From assembly GCA_965277285.1 (NCBI GenBank), contig OZ255721.1:2304001-2368000 (forward strand): DNA of 64,000 nt. Direction: 5' to 3'. Below the pieces are notes generated by a model. That model was not told the DNA's origin. It worked only from the letters and a program-made list of their open reading frames with translations, and did not search any database. The DNA comes from Abditibacteriaceae bacterium (GTDB lineage Bacteria; Armatimonadota; Abditibacteriia; Abditibacteriales; Abditibacteriaceae). The position numbers and the translations under genes were made by a program. Positions 1 to 12,400 of the stretch are shown here, piece by piece; position 1 is the first letter of the stretch, and each line of letters starts with the position of its first letter.

Positions 1-356
1 AATGTGGGTTGTGCTGGAGCGGAGGTGAGTGAACCCATCGGGTTGGAAGGACACCGGAACAGATCGGCGCTCTTGATGTAAGGCTGGATGGTTTGATCCC
101 AAACCGTATATACACCTCCACCGTAGTCGATGAACTTCAGGGGGTACTTTTCATCGTATTCCTGTGTGTATTGCATGATGCCAATGCCGATCTGCTTCAG
201 GTTGCTGGAGCAGCTCGAACGACGAGCACTTTCGCGCGCTTTGGCGAACGCCGGAAACAAAATAGCCGCCAAAATCGCAATGATAGCGATGACAACTAAC
301 AGTTCAATCAGCGTGAAACCACGCTTGCGTGGTGCGGTCCGTAGTATGTCTTTCAT
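1..356 (-). CDS. Prepilin-type N-terminal cleavage/methylation, DUF1559-family protein (partial, runs off window start)
   Basis: Manual translation from ATG at 356: [78 protein letters not shown] upstream. Confidence 0.9.
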   Translation of the reverse strand, partial: MKDILRTAPRKRGFTLIELLVVIAIIAILAAILFPAFAKARESARRSSCSSNLKQIGIGIMQYTQEYDEKYPLKFIDYGGGVYTVWDQTIQPYIKSADLFRCPSNPMGSLTSAPAQPT

Positions 357-701
357 CTCATTTCTCCTTGAATTCTTGCAGAATAAAGCCTGCGGAATAC
401 CGGTATTCCAATTCATTATACCCATCTGCGGAAGTTTTCAAACATTATTTGTAACTTTTTTGAAAAAGCGAGGCCGATTCTTTAACATGTCTGGGCAAAG
501 GGCTTTTTGCGAAGAGGTTTTTGCCCTGAATGTACCAAGATGTGCGCTATTCACGGCATAAGAATGACGTCGAGCGAACCGCGATGTGGTGGGCGCGGCA
601 TTTTTGTTCATTGTCTGAGGCGAGCAAAAACTGGTCAAGCGGCCTGGGCGCTATCGTTCAAGGCGCACTTGAAAATTTGAAGCGGCGCAACAAATTGAGG
701 T

Positions 702-1739
702 CTAAATTTTGGGGGCGAGTCGCGGGACCAAAGACTCGGTGACCACTAATGTTCCTGGAAAAGTCGCCGCCTGATGTGGGAGTTCGGGTTCTGCCATTCG
801 CTGTTGTAAAAACTTCCAGGCTGTCGCGCACATTTCTTCCATGGGCTGCACGATAGTGCTCAAAGGTGGATCGAAATACCTCATGTGGCGTTGCCCATCG
901 CATCCCACCAAAAGGACGTCCGTCGGCACGTTGAAACCCAGGTCTTTGAGTACTCGAAATGCGCAGAGCGCCGTGTCGTCATTCTGGCATTGCAGAGCGT
1001 CTGGACATCCGTGTTCTATGATATGGACTTTGAGTTTTCTTTCAACAGTATTGGCGTCGTCTGTTGCGACGTCGATGATTTCAGGAACCTGGTTCGCCCT
1101 TCGCATGGCCTTACGATAAGTTCTTGCCCGAACTTCGGTATCCATCGCCATATACGGCGCGGTTACCAGGTAGGCGATGCGTCGTCGTCCACCAGCTACC
1201 ATGAGGCGCAGGGCCTCATCAAAGCCTTCACTTAGGTCGATGATCACGTTGTCGACGAAGGAGCGTTCCTCTGTTCCGATTGAAACGCATGGAACACGCG
1301 ATTTGGAATTAAATTCGTTGACCAATCCCCATGCGTCGACCGAAATAGCACCATCTACAGCAATGTTACTCGTGGCATTGACTATTTCTTTGACTTCACG
1401 CGGCGTCCGCATCAACATCACGTGATAACCATCGGCGTGGATATTCCTTTCCAATAAATCGACCATACTGGCGTAATACGGCTCATTCAAGCGGCCAGAA
1501 AGGATTGCGATGAGGTCCGTGCGCCCCGTCGCGAGCGCCCGCGCCGCAAAGTTGGGAATGTAATTCATTTCCCGCGCAATTTGCTCTATTTTCAATCGCG
1601 TTGCAGGTGCGACGCTGCGAGTGCCGTTTAGCGCATTAGAGACCACCATTTTTTTGACGCCCGCCACATCCGCTATATGTTGCAGAGTCACTCGCTTGGG
1701 ACCTTGTTCATCCGAAAACTCATTTTTGTTGGAAGACAT
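702..1739 (-). CDS. LacI-family transcriptional regulator
   Basis: N-terminal HTH VTLQHIADVAGVKKMVVSNALNG...MNYIPNFAARAL; C-terminal sugar-binding fold (PPLSTIVQP); start chosen at MSSNK. Confidence 0.92.
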   Translation of the reverse strand: MSSNKNEFSDEQGPKRVTLQHIADVAGVKKMVVSNALNGTRSVAPATRLKIEQIAREMNYIPNFAARALATGRTDLIAILSGRLNEPYYASMVDLLERNIHADGYHVMLMRTPREVKEIVNATSNIAVDGAISVDAWGLVNEFNSKSRVPCVSIGTEERSFVDNVIIDLSEGFDEALRLMVAGGRRRIAYLVTAPYMAMDTEVRARTYRKAMRRANQVPEIIDVATDDANTVERKLKVHIIEHGCPDALQCQNDDTALCAFRVLKDLGFNVPTDVLLVGCDGQRHMRYFDPPLSTIVQPMEEMCATAWKFLQQRMAEPELPHQAATFPGTLVVTESLVPRLAPKI

Positions 1740-1961
1740 AGCAATTAGTCGGCAAGGTGTTGTCACTGAAACTGGTTTTCAATTTATCTGAAGAATCAGC
1801 GTAATAATGTCGAATGTTTTTTGCAAGTGGCACATCTTCCCGGCAACCAGCACGAGACACTTCGTAAGGGACGAAACGCGAAACTGTTTTGCCGGGCTTC
1901 TTCCGACATAACCAGGGGTGCGGGTCACATAGACGTTTTCTTGAGGTGTGAGTAGTAAGAA

Positions 1962-2065
1962 GAGGAAAACGGCGGAGGAAAACGGCGGAGGAAAACGGCG
2001 GAGGAAAACGGCGGAGGAAAACGGCGGAGGAAAACGGCGGAGGAAAACGGCGGAGGAAAACGGCG
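1962..2065. repeat. Tandem repeat, 8 exact copies of the 13-mer GAGGAAAACGGCG
   Basis: Read directly; intergenic between usp and lacI. Confidence 0.97.
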
Positions 2066-2184
2066 GAAGAAATCGAACATCGAGTACTCGATGTTTGGTT
2101 TCTTCGAGATGCTTCTGGCCTCTTCAAGGTCGAACGCGAGGGCCTGCGATATGGCGCTCAACTCCTTGATCTTTTTCATCGCGC

Positions 2185-2664
2185 TCACCCTGACGAGTCT
2201 GCGGCGTCTACTATCGGCGCGGCACGGACTGTGAGAACCGGGCAATGCGACTGACGAACGATGGCTTCGGCCACCGAGCCAAACACGAGGTGCCGCCAAC
2301 CGCCTAATCCGTGCGTGGCGATCACTACCAAATCGAAGTTCTCCTCTTGAGCGGCGCAGGTGATTTCTTTGTCAGCGTTGCCTATTTTGACTTCGCAGCT
2401 CGTTTTGAGGTCGGACGGCACGCGCTCAATGATGACTTTGTGCAATTGTCGCATCGCGTCGTCTTTTCGCTCGTCATCCGGCGCACCAGTCACAGTGACC
2501 AACCCGAACGCCGAATCGGGCAGCGTAGGCGGCACGAACGGCACGATATGCAGCAAACACAATTCGGCGTCGAAATGCGCTGCCAGTTCGATGGCATGAT
2601 CCAGCGCTGCATAGGACGGTGCGCTGAAATCGGTCGGACAGAGGATTTTCTTCAATGGCAACAT
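2185..2664 (-). CDS. Universal stress protein (UspA family)
   Basis: KKILCPTDFS...DLVVIATHGLGGWRHLVFGSVAEAIVRQSHCPVLTV motifs. Confidence 0.93.
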   Translation of the reverse strand: MLPLKKILCPTDFSAPSYAALDHAIELAAHFDAELCLLHIVPFVPPTLPDSAFGLVTVTGAPDDERKDDAMRQLHKVIIERVPSDLKTSCEVKIGNADKEITCAAQEENFDLVVIATHGLGGWRHLVFGSVAEAIVRQSHCPVLTVRAAPIVDAADSSG

Positions 2665-2692
2665 GATGGTTCACCGGTTAAGCGACGCGCTT

Positions 2693-3115
2693 TTAAGCGA
2701 CGCGCTTTCTATCGCGTTCGTCTCCCGCTTCCATGTTCTGATTTTCCATGTTCTGATTTTCCAGGTTTGCAGCCTGTTCTTGCTGTTCTTGTTCTGCTTG
2801 TTCATGCTCGGCCTGCTGAACGTTTGTCTCGGCTTGCGCATGGGTGCGTTTGAGCAGACCTTTCACCTGAAAGCGAATGAACGACTTAATTTGGTTTGAA
2901 GCCTCATTCTTGGATGGCCTCGGCTCCTGATCTTGACGCAGTTCAGGGAAAACCGCAGGCAGGACAATATCTTGCGTGCGGTTTGCGGCTTCCACCTCGG
3001 TTCGCACCTCGGTTCGCACCTCGGCTTCCATCTCGGTTCGCGCGGCCTGCTTCTGCGTTTCGCGTTGCAGACGCTCAGCCTCAATCTTCTCGATCTCAAG
3101 GGTGATTTGGGGCAT
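2693..3115 (-). CDS. Hypothetical low-complexity, Gln/Glu-rich protein
   Basis: ORF with GGAGG-type RBS; internal short repeats (TEVR, ENQNM). Confidence 0.45.
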   Translation of the reverse strand: MPQITLEIEKIEAERLQRETQKQAARTEMEAEVRTEVRTEVEAANRTQDIVLPAVFPELRQDQEPRPSKNEASNQIKSFIRFQVKGLLKRTHAQAETNVQQAEHEQAEQEQQEQAANLENQNMENQNMEAGDERDRKRVA

Positions 3116-3182
3116 TGTGGAGTTTCCCTCCCACTTTTATATGCTGTATGTTTACGCTTATACGCTGTATGTTTATGCTGTG

Positions 3183-3422
3183 TTACTGCTCAGAGGAGTT
3201 TGGCGGGAAGTTCGGTCGCACAGACATAGCGATATTTTCCCGTGCCGCCTTTTCACGAACGAGCAACTCAATGACAGCCGTTTCGCTGATGCCCATGCTC
3301 AAAGAAAGCGTGGTCAAGAGTTGTCGCGCCTGCGCACTGAGATACAAGTTCTTTTGCTTTTTCTCCAATTTCGACTGGCGTTGCGGCTTTTGCAGCGGCT
3401 CGGCAGTTTCTGGTTCTATCAT
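3183..3422 (-). CDS. Small putative ribbon-helix-helix DNA-binding protein
   Basis: KQKNLYLSAQARQLLTTLSLSMGISETAVIELLVREKA fits the beta-alpha-alpha RHH pattern. Confidence 0.55.
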   Translation of the reverse strand: MIEPETAEPLQKPQRQSKLEKKQKNLYLSAQARQLLTTLSLSMGISETAVIELLVREKAARENIAMSVRPNFPPNSSEQ

Positions 3423-4020
3423 AGTGCCATTATAACCATAATATATAGCAATTGTAGAAAGTCATTTAGTTTCTATATTTATGCAGCGCAGAAAAGGAAT
3501 AAGCTGTATGATACGAAATGGAACCGTTTAAGCGTGCGGCGGCAATTCAACTGAGAGGGCGACGTGATAGGACGTGATAGATAGAAGGTGTAAAATGCCC
3601 GAATGGAAAGCGCTGTTTTACGATTTGATAGCGCGCCACTCAATATCGAGTACTCGATACGCGTGGTTCAAATCATTTGCCTTCAAATACCGCGAAACCT
3701 ACAAATCGAAACAGAATTGGTGCGCAGCGTTCATGCAGCGTTCATAACGCGCTTGGAAGACGCATGGTGCGCCGGATAACAGCGACCGGATTACAGTTAA
3801 GCAAGGCAACAAGGACAATCAGGAGTATGAGGCTGCTTGACGCGTTCGGGAATATTTTCCCGTCAGAATTGCTGTTTCGCCTGAACAGAACAATACAAGT
3901 GTTGACGCAGGCGGAGGCACAGAGTTGTCTTGCCAGTAGCGCTGGGACGGGAAAGTCGTATCCACATCCGAAGAAGTTTTTTCCTTTTATCACAGTTCAT
4001 AAAACTTCGTGGAGATTATT

Positions 4021-6414
4021 ATGGTTGAGGCTTTGAACCGAGAAACCTTGAGTACCGATGAATTGCAGAAGATAAATGCATACTGGCGGGCGGCCAACTA
4101 CTTGTCCGTTGGGCAGATTTATCTTTGCGACAATCCTCTTCTGCGCGAGCCGCTGACGCTGGCTCATGTCAAGCGGATGCTGCTTGGACATTGGGGCACA
4201 ACGCCGGGACAAAATTTCATTTACACGCATTTGAACCGCGTGATCAAGAAATACGATCTGGACATGATTTACGTTTCCGGCCCCGGACATGGCGGTCCTG
4301 CCGTAGTGAGTGGCACTTATCTGGAAGGGACGTATAGCGAGGTTTATCCCAACATCAGCCAGGATGAGGCTGGGTTGCAGAAACTCTTCCTTCAATTTTC
4401 GTTTCCTGGAGGCATTCCCAGCCATGCTTCTCCTGAAACGCCTGGCTCGATCCACGAGGGCGGCGAACTGGGTTATTCGCTCAGCCATTCGTTTGGCGCG
4501 GTCTTCGATAATCCCGATTTAGTCGTGGCTTGCGTGGTTGGCGATGGCGAGGCGGAAACGGGGCCGCTGGCCACGGCGTGGCATTCCAATAAATTTCTCA
4601 ACGCGGCCACGGACGGCGCCGTATTGCCGATCTTGCATCTCAACGGCTACAAGATTTCCAACCCGACATTGCTCGCTCGCATCACGCGCGAAGAATTGGA
4701 ACAATTGCTGCGCGGTTATGGATGGACGCCCTACTTCGTCGAGGGTCACGAACCCGAGTTGATGCACGCGGCGATGGCTGAGACGCTTGATAAAGCCATA
4801 GAGAACATCAAGGAAATTCAGCAGGCCGCCCGCGTTGACGGAAACTCTACGCGTCCGCGCTGGCCGATGATCGTTCTCAACTCGCCCAAGGGTTGGACAG
4901 GGCCAAAGGTAGTCGATGGTTTGCAAATCGAAGGCACTTTTCGTTCGCACCAGGTGCCGCTTTCCGATCCGGCCACGCATCCCGAACACCTCAAGCTGTT
5001 GGAAGACTGGCTGCGCAGCTACCGTCCTGAAGAACTCTTTGATGAGCAGGGTCGCCTGAAAGCGGAACTGGCGGAACTGGCGCCTACGGGCCAGCATCGC
5101 ATGGGCGCCAATCCCCACGCCAACGGCGGCCTGCTCCTGCGCGACTTGCAAATGCCGGACTTTCGTGCCTATGCCGTCGAAGTTCCCACGCCAGGAATAC
5201 GCGGCATCGGCGACACGCACATCCTTGGCCCTTTTCTGCGCGATGTGGCAAAGCGAAACGATGAGCAACGGAACTTTCGTGTGTTCGGCCCGGACGAGAC
5301 ACTTTCTAACGGCCTGGAAGCCCTTTTTGAAGTGACGAATCGTCAATGGGACGCCGCGACCGTACCGAACGACGAATTTCTGGCGAACACAGGGCGCGTG
5401 ATGGAAATGCTCAGCGAGCATCAATGCGAAGGCTGGCTCGAGGGCTATTTGCTGACCGGTCGGCACGGAGTATTCAACTGCTACGAAGCGTTTATCCACA
5501 TTGTCGATTCGATGTTCAACCAGCACGCCAAGTGGCTAAAAGTCACGTCGCGTTTGCCGTGGCGACGCAAGATCGCTTCGTTAAACTATCTGTTGGCTTC
5601 CCATGTCTGGCGCCAGGATCATAACGGTTTTACGCATCAAGACCCTGGTTTCCTCGACCACGTTGTGAACAAAAAGGCGGAAGTCGTGCGTGTTTACCTG
5701 CCGCCGGACGCCAACTGTTTGTTGTCGGTGATGGATCACTGTTTGCGCAGCCGCCATTACGTCAATGTCGTGATCGCGGGCAAGCATCCGGCGCCGCAGT
5801 GGTTGACAATGGACGCTGCCGTCAAGCACTGCACCGAAGGTATCGGCATCTGGCAGTGGGCCAGCAACGACCAAAACGTTGCGCCTGATGTGGTTATGGC
5901 CTGCTGCGGCGATGTGCCCACACTGGAAACGCTCGCCGCTGTCTCCATCCTGCGCGAGCACTTGCCGGATCTGAAAATCCGTGTCGTCAACGTCGTTGAC
6001 CTGATGAAGCTGCAGCCGCAAAGCGAGCATCCGCACGGACTGAGCGACATGGATTTCGACGAGCTTTTTACCGCAGAAAAGCCAGTCATCTTCGCTTTTC
6101 ATGCTTATCCCTGGCTGATTCATCGCTTGACTTATCGGCGCACCAATCACAAGAATCTGCACGTTCGCGGCTATAAGGAAGAAGGCACCATTACGACGCC
6201 TTTCGACATGACGGTGTTGAACGATCTGGATCGCTTTCACCTCGTGATGGATGTCATCGACCGCGTGCCGCAGGCTGGCGACAAGGGCATTTACTTGAAG
6301 CAGCAACTCGAGGACAAACTGATCGAGCACAAGCAATACATCGACAAATACGGCGAAGATATGCCGGAAATTCGGAACTGGAAGTGGAACGCTCTGGAGA
6401 ATAAACCCCAATGA
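4021..6414 (+). CDS. xfp: Xylulose-5-phosphate/fructose-6-phosphate phosphoketolase
   Basis: [33 protein letters not shown] and [12 protein letters not shown] motifs. Confidence 0.97.
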   Translation: MVEALNRETLSTDELQKINAYWRAANYLSVGQIYLCDNPLLREPLTLAHVKRMLLGHWGTTPGQNFIYTHLNRVIKKYDLDMIYVSGPGHGGPAVVSGTYLEGTYSEVYPNISQDEAGLQKLFLQFSFPGGIPSHASPETPGSIHEGGELGYSLSHSFGAVFDNPDLVVACVVGDGEAETGPLATAWHSNKFLNAATDGAVLPILHLNGYKISNPTLLARITREELEQLLRGYGWTPYFVEGHEPELMHAAMAETLDKAIENIKEIQQAARVDGNSTRPRWPMIVLNSPKGWTGPKVVDGLQIEGTFRSHQVPLSDPATHPEHLKLLEDWLRSYRPEELFDEQGRLKAELAELAPTGQHRMGANPHANGGLLLRDLQMPDFRAYAVEVPTPGIRGIGDTHILGPFLRDVAKRNDEQRNFRVFGPDETLSNGLEALFEVTNRQWDAATVPNDEFLANTGRVMEMLSEHQCEGWLEGYLLTGRHGVFNCYEAFIHIVDSMFNQHAKWLKVTSRLPWRRKIASLNYLLASHVWRQDHNGFTHQDPGFLDHVVNKKAEVVRVYLPPDANCLLSVMDHCLRSRHYVNVVIAGKHPAPQWLTMDAAVKHCTEGIGIWQWASNDQNVAPDVVMACCGDVPTLETLAAVSILREHLPDLKIRVVNVVDLMKLQPQSEHPHGLSDMDFDELFTAEKPVIFAFHAYPWLIHRLTYRRTNHKNLHVRGYKEEGTITTPFDMTVLNDLDRFHLVMDVIDRVPQAGDKGIYLKQQLEDKLIEHKQYIDKYGEDMPEIRNWKWNALENKPQ

Positions 6415-7433
6415 ACACGCAAAAATTGATGGAGACCGCACAAGCGCTGGTCGCCAACGACAAGGGATTGCTGGCGATGGATGAGAGTACTCCGACCTGC
6501 GACAAAAGGTTTGCGGCTTTGGGCATCCCGCAGACTGAAGAAGCGCGCCGTGCTTATCGAGAAATGATCGTGACCACGCCTGGCCTGGGCGAGTGCATCA
6601 GTGGCGCGATCCTTTTCGATGAGACGATACGACAGCAAAGAAAAGACGGCACGCCCTTTGTCAAAGTCCTCGCTGATGCGGGAATTATTCCGGGCATCAA
6701 GGTGGACGCCGGTGCCAAAGACATGGCCGCTCATCCCGGCGAGAAAATAACCGAAGGCCTGGACGGATTGCGCGACCGCCTGGCCGAATATTCTGCAATG
6801 GGCGCCCGTTTCGCCAAATGGCGCGCGGTCATTACCATTGGCGACGGCATTCCCAGCCGAGGTTGCATCGAAGCCAATGCGCAGGCTTTGGCGCGCTATG
6901 CCGCGTTGTGCCAGGAAGCCGGTTTGGTTCCCATCGTCGAGCCGGAAGTGCTGATGGACGGCGATCACACTTTGGAGCGGTGCCGCGAAGTCACCGAAGC
7001 AGTACTGGAAACGGTTTTCGATCAGCTTTATACGCAACGCGTGATGCTGGAAGGTATGCTGCTCAAGCCCAACATGGTGCTTGCGGGATTGGCTTGTCCA
7101 CAGCAAGAAACGGTGAACGCAGTAGCCGACGCCACAGTGAATTGCTTCCTGCGCACCGTTCCCGCTGCTGTTGCGGGGATCGCTTTTTTGTCGGGCGGCC
7201 AATCCGGTGAACTGGCCTCAGCGCGTTTGAACGCCATGAACCTTCGATTCAAGTCGCGCTTGCCGTGGGCTTTAGCGTTCTCGTTCGCTCGCGCCATCCA
7301 GCAGCCAGCTTTGGACATTTGGCGCGGCGCGGAAGCTCATGTGCCCGCGGCGCAGAAAGCTTTGTATCATCGCGCCAATTGCAACAAGGCGGCACGTCGT
7401 GGCGAATACAACGCCGCGATGGAAAACATCTGA
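6411..7433 (+). CDS. Class I fructose-bisphosphate aldolase
   Basis: [42 protein letters not shown] overlap with xfp. Confidence 0.95.
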   Translation: MNTQKLMETAQALVANDKGLLAMDESTPTCDKRFAALGIPQTEEARRAYREMIVTTPGLGECISGAILFDETIRQQRKDGTPFVKVLADAGIIPGIKVDAGAKDMAAHPGEKITEGLDGLRDRLAEYSAMGARFAKWRAVITIGDGIPSRGCIEANAQALARYAALCQEAGLVPIVEPEVLMDGDHTLERCREVTEAVLETVFDQLYTQRVMLEGMLLKPNMVLAGLACPQQETVNAVADATVNCFLRTVPAAVAGIAFLSGGQSGELASARLNAMNLRFKSRLPWALAFSFARAIQQPALDIWRGAEAHVPAAQKALYHRANCNKAARRGEYNAAMENI

Positions 7434-7540
7434 CATTTGCACAGGCTTTGAGCAATCCTTGTGGTTGCCCTGTTCGGATAAGTTCCAAGTCTCAGCGTTG
7501 TTTTTTATTTTGCAAACTAATCCATAGAACCTAACCTGAA

Positions 7541-7611
7541 CAGAACCCCAAGCGTGAGCGCGGGACTGAAGTAACAGTTAACTTAGCCTCTCACTTACGT
7601 TCGGGGTTCTG
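7541..7611. repeat. REP-like hairpin family A, copy 1 (CAGAACCCC...GGGGTTCTG, 71 bp)
   Basis: Same length and ends as the copies at 15894 and 33845. Confidence 0.85.
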
Positions 7612-7764
7612 GAAAGTAGCCTTTCAGTCGTTACGCGCTGTATCGAGTACTCGATTACTGTCTGGGCGCCGCAAATTTATGCAGGCGCAAATTCATGCAG
7701 CCGTGCCTTTCAACTCAAACCCTTGAGATAAGCTCTTAACGCGCTCTAAAATAAAAGTTGCACT

Positions 7765-8967
7765 ATGTGTATATTGGTTCTGAATGCGGGAAGTTCATCA
7801 CTCAAGTTTGGCTGCTTTCAAAGTTCAAGCGCTAAGGGCGAAGTCAAATGCCTGCTGCGAGGCGGGATCGAACCGATTGGCAGCGGCCATGCGACTTTCA
7901 GCATCGAAGGGCAAGAATCGGAATCGTTGCCAGACGGCGATATAACGATTCATGGCGCGGTGGAGCAAGTCATCCAACGCGTCAAATCGCGCTTCGACGT
8001 GGAAGCTGTGGGCTGCCGCGTGGTGCATGGCGGCGCCCAATTTCTTCAGCCGACGCGCGTTACGGCAGACGTGCTAAACGAGATCCGCGCCCTGGCACCT
8101 TTGGCGCCGCTGCACAACCCGCTGGCCGCCGACGTTATCGAAACGGCAACGCGGCTTCTGCCACAGGTGCCTGTCGTGGCCGTCTTTGATACCGCGTTCC
8201 ACAGCACTTTGCCGCCTGTGGCCGCCACTTACGCCTTGCCCTTTGCATTGTGCGAGCAGCACGGATTGCGCCGCTATGGTTTTCATGGCATTTCGCATCG
8301 CTACGCGTCGCAGCGGCTGCTGGAGTGCCTGAAACGCGAGGCGCCAGGAACTCGCCTTATCACTTGTCATCTGGGCAACGGCGCCAGCGTTTGCGCGGTG
8401 CGCGATGGAGAAAGCATTGATACCAGCATGGGTTTGACGCCAATGGAAGGTTTGGTGATGGGGACGCGTTCGGGCGATGTGGATCCTGGCCTCATCGTGT
8501 ACCTGATGCAATCCTTGAAGATGGCGCCGGACGAGATCGATCACTTGCTCAATCATCAAAGCGGACTGCAGGGCTTATCGGGACAAAGCGGGGATATACG
8601 CGAATTGGAGCAGTTCACGGAACAAGGCGACGAACGGGCAAAACTGGCGCTGGAAATTTTCGCGTATCGCGTCAGCAAATACATCGGCGCTTATGGCGTC
8701 GCGCTGGAAGGGCTGGATGCTGTGGCCTTCACAGGCGGCATCGGTCAATACGCGACGTTGACCAGAAAACGTATCTGTGACCGCCTGGCCTTTGTCGGGC
8801 TGCATCTGGATACCCGAGCGAACGCGTCGGCGAAAGGCCACGAAATCGCGTGTATCACGACGCCGCAATCGCCGGTGCAAGCGTGGATCATTCCAGCCGA
8901 CGAAGAAATTCAGATGGCGCGCGAAGTCGTCGCTCACCTGAAGGACGAAAAGGATGAAAACGGATAA
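7765..8967 (+). CDS. ackA: Acetate kinase
   Basis: ILVLNAGSSSLKF, RVVHGG, APLHNP, VFDTAFH, YGFHGISH, HLGNGAS, GTRSGD. Confidence 0.96.
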   Translation: MCILVLNAGSSSLKFGCFQSSSAKGEVKCLLRGGIEPIGSGHATFSIEGQESESLPDGDITIHGAVEQVIQRVKSRFDVEAVGCRVVHGGAQFLQPTRVTADVLNEIRALAPLAPLHNPLAADVIETATRLLPQVPVVAVFDTAFHSTLPPVAATYALPFALCEQHGLRRYGFHGISHRYASQRLLECLKREAPGTRLITCHLGNGASVCAVRDGESIDTSMGLTPMEGLVMGTRSGDVDPGLIVYLMQSLKMAPDEIDHLLNHQSGLQGLSGQSGDIRELEQFTEQGDERAKLALEIFAYRVSKYIGAYGVALEGLDAVAFTGGIGQYATLTRKRICDRLAFVGLHLDTRANASAKGHEIACITTPQSPVQAWIIPADEEIQMAREVVAHLKDEKDENG

Positions 8968-9080
8968 GGCGCAGACCTTGAGTTGCGAGGACATGAAGCG
9001 TGTTCTGGATTGCGCACATCAATCGAATTCGCGCAGCACGCAAAACGGATTATCACGTATGGGCGGAACTCTTAGCGGTA

Positions 9081-9127
9081 AAACGAAAGACCGAACATCG
9101 AGTACTCGATTGTTCGGTCTTTCGTTT
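9081..9127 (-). terminator. Hairpin downstream of tRNA-Leu with the TCGAGTACTCGA palindrome at its apex
   Basis: AAACGAAAGACCGAACA-TCGAGTACTCGA-T-TGTTCGGTCTTTCGTTT inverted repeat. Confidence 0.7.
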
Positions 9128-9131
9128 GGGA

Positions 9132-9213
9132 TGCCTCCGGTCGGGGTCGAACCGACACTTCCGAAGAAACTGGATTTTGAGTCCAGCGCGTCTGCCAATT
9201 CCGCCACAGAGGC
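9132..9213 (-). tRNA. tRNA-Leu (anticodon CAA)
   Basis: Reverse complement GCCTCTGTGGCGGAATTGGCAGACGCGCTGGACTCAAAATCCAG...GTCGGTTCGACCCCGACCGGAGGCA; long variable arm, TTCGA T-loop; no encoded CCA. Confidence 0.96.
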
Positions 9214-9248
9214 TTGTCGCTCCCACACGTCTGTAGAAGCAGAACAAA

Positions 9249-9277
9249 ATTATAAAGCAAAAGCGTCGCGTTGTCAA
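9249..9277 (-). promoter_or_regulatory. Consensus sigma70 promoter for tRNA-Leu
   Basis: TTGACA-N17-TATAAT exact on the minus strand, 35 nt upstream of the tRNA. Confidence 0.88.
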
Positions 9278-9473
9278 CAAACTTTGGCGCTAAACCAAAT
9301 GGATTCATCAGATAAGTTGCGCTGAGGAATCGAGTACTCGATTCGCCTGTTTGCGTTTTGTCCTTGAACCATCTACGATAAAGCCAAGTTGTAAAAAATC
9401 ACAATGTGTCGGGAACAAAAAAGCAGGACGCGCGGTCAGGTCTTTCACGAAGCACCAAACGAAGAGGAAATCT

Positions 9474-12400
9474 ATGAACATTCCGTCTCTGAACACTCCG
9501 ACGAAAAAATGGAAAAACGCGCTGCTAACAACCCTGGCCTGCGCCGCGATTTGCACCGGCAGCCAAAACGCTCAGGCGCGACGCGTCATCTTCCGACCCG
9601 CGCAACCCGCCACATCTTCCACCACCATGCCACGCGACCAAGTCTCCACTGGAAACCCCGAAGCCGACCGCGCCTGGAACGAAGGCTCCTATGCGCGCGC
9701 CCTCACGCTGTATCAAGCCGCCATGAAAAACGGCGGCAGCGACGAAATCGAATATCGCGTCGCGGTTTGTCTGGGCAAAACCGAAGACTGGGACAACGCG
9801 ATTGCCGCTGGCGAAGCCTTAATCGCTAAGAACACGCAACAAAAAGCGCGCGCCTTGTATTGGCTGGGACGTTTGTACACCGTTGTGCCGCACGAAGGTT
9901 ATCAAGTCGGCAACCGCATTTATCGCGGCGAAGATTATCCCGTTATCAAAGGCGCCGAAAAGCCACAGCAAATCTCGACCGACGACACCGACGCCAAGAA
10001 AACGCTGAGCTACTTCGAGCAGGCCAAACTTCAGGCGCAAAAAGATCGCTATCTGATGTCGGTGGCCAAGTTCCGCACCGCGCCGCGCTTCCTTTCGACT
10101 GCCGAAGAAAACGATCTCAATTTCGACCTTGCGGCGTGGCTGCCGACGCAGCAATTCGACGACTTCATCAAAGACCTGGAAGCCGGAAAGAACCTGGGCG
10201 CGATGGTTGATGCGAACGCCAATTACGACACCACATGGAACTTGCCAACCAAAGTTCTTTATCTGTACAACCAGATTCGAGTACTCGATAATGGTCAAAC
10301 CGAGCAATCGCCCTTGTCGTTGTTCGCCAAAGGCTTGTTCGTGCGCGCTTATCGCCAGCGCATGGATCAATGGGCGCCGAAGTATGATGATGTCAAAAAA
10401 CAAACCATCGTGCGCCCGTATCCTTTCGACAAACTGGATGCGATCCCGATCTGGGAACAATTGGTGCGCGATTTCCCAAGTTCGTCGGTCGCCGATAAGA
10501 CGCAATTTACCATCGCGCAAACCTGGCAGCAGCGCAACGATCAGGTGAAGTCGCTGGTCGCCTATCATCGAGTACTCGAATTGTTCCCCAAATCGAAGTG
10601 GACGAGCGACGCGCGCGCGCAAATCCAGCAAATCACCAAGCACGAAATCTCGATTTATTCGCAGACCGCGCAAAAGCCCGGCGTCGCCGCGACCTTCAAC
10701 TTGTCGACGCGCAACCTCAAAACCATTCGCTTCGCGGCTTACAAAATCCGCCTGGAAGATGTGTTGACGCAAACCGCCAAATTGAATAATGGCAGCACGC
10801 ATTTCACGAGCTTTGCCGAGAACTTCGGCGCCATTGATGCGGCGCAAAAAGCCGCGGGCGCGCCGGTTGCGAACTGGACTTTCAACGCCAAAGACAAAGG
10901 CGATTATCAAGGTACGACCGAAACCATTTCTTCACCGTTGAAGAATTTAGGCGCTTATCTGGTTGTGGCGCAAAGCGATAGCGTCAAGACGGCGCAAATC
11001 GTCGTGATTTCCGATTTGATGCTGCTCAAGAAAACCGACCGCGACAGCGCCTTTGTTTACGTCGCCGATGCCGCGAGCGGGCAGCCGATTTCCGGCGCCA
11101 ATGTCGTCTTGAAGGAAAGCTACTGGCAGGACAGCGCCTACAAAGCGGACTGGAAAAAAGGCGCCAGCGATGCGCAAGGTTTCTATGATAAGAAATCGAT
11201 TCGCAGCGCGAGCATTTACAACACGCAAGTCGAAGGTTTCGCCTGGATGGGCGACCGTTACGCGCTGACCGGACAAACTTACAACGGTTATTACGGCGAC
11301 AACACGGCGGAAATGAAGATTTATTCTTACACCGACCGACCGGTTTATCGTCCGTCGCAAAAAGTCTATTTTCGCCAGATTTTGACGCAGCGCATCGCCG
11401 ACGCGCAGGCCAACAGCGAAACCGTCGGCGATCAGCAGCCCGCGAAAAACGTCAAAGTCGAAGTCACGGTTTCCAATCCCAAAGGCGAAACAATTTACGA
11501 CAAAACGCTGACGACTTCCGAGTTCGGAACCATCAACGGCGACTTCGATTTGCCAGACGGCGCGCCGCTTGGCGAGTACTCGATCCAGGCGCAAGTGCCG
11601 CAAACCAATCAATATGTGGCGGCCAGCGGCGGCAATCGTTTTCGCGTCGAAGAATACAAGCGACCCGAATTTCAAGTCAGCGTCGATGCGCCGGATCACG
11701 CGGTTCGTCCCGGCGAAACGGTCGCGGCGAAGATTAACGCGAAGTATTACTTTGGCGCGCCCGTTCCCAACGCGACCGTGAAATATACGGTTCGCCGCTC
11801 GACGTGGTGGGCTTCGTACCAATTCCCAACGCCGTATGATTGGTTGTGGAGCTACTGGGGAACCGGCGATTATGACACCGGACGGCGCAACATCGGTGGC
11901 GAAGGTTCGGGCACCATTGTCAAAGAAGGCACCGTCAAAACCGACAATGAAGGCAACGCCGAAGTCAACTTTACGGCGACTGAAGACAAGACAACGGTTG
12001 ATCCCAACGATTGGTGGCGTCGTTATCAGAATCCGCTTTACACGATTGAAGCCAGCGTGACGGATCAAAGCCGTCGCACCATTGAAGGGCAGGGCGAAGT
12101 GCGCTTATCGAAGCAACAATACTTCGCATTTTTGAACACCAAAGGCGGCTTTTTCCAGCAGGGCGACCGCGTTCCCGTCGAAATTCGCATTCAGGACGCC
12201 AACGATAAGCCACTGGCGGCCAACGGCAAAATGGTGGTTTACAAAGAATTGCTCGGCGACAAGGAAGATCGAGTACTCGAATCGCCGATTTCGATTGATA
12301 AAAGCGGCGCTGCTTTCTGGACGTGGAACAACGATCAGGGCGGACAGTTCCGCATCGCTTACGAAGCGACCGACGCGTGGGGCAATAAAGTCGAAGCGTC

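Noticed and set aside
1962..2065. Possible CRISPR array
   Set aside because: Direct 13-bp tandem units with no spacers, and no cas genes in the window.
4021..8967. xfp-fba-ackA as a novel pathway
   Set aside because: Phosphoketolase with acetate kinase is a well-known pairing.
9132..9213. tRNA as the integration site of an island
   Set aside because: No integrase nearby, and I found no duplicated tRNA 3' end in the window.
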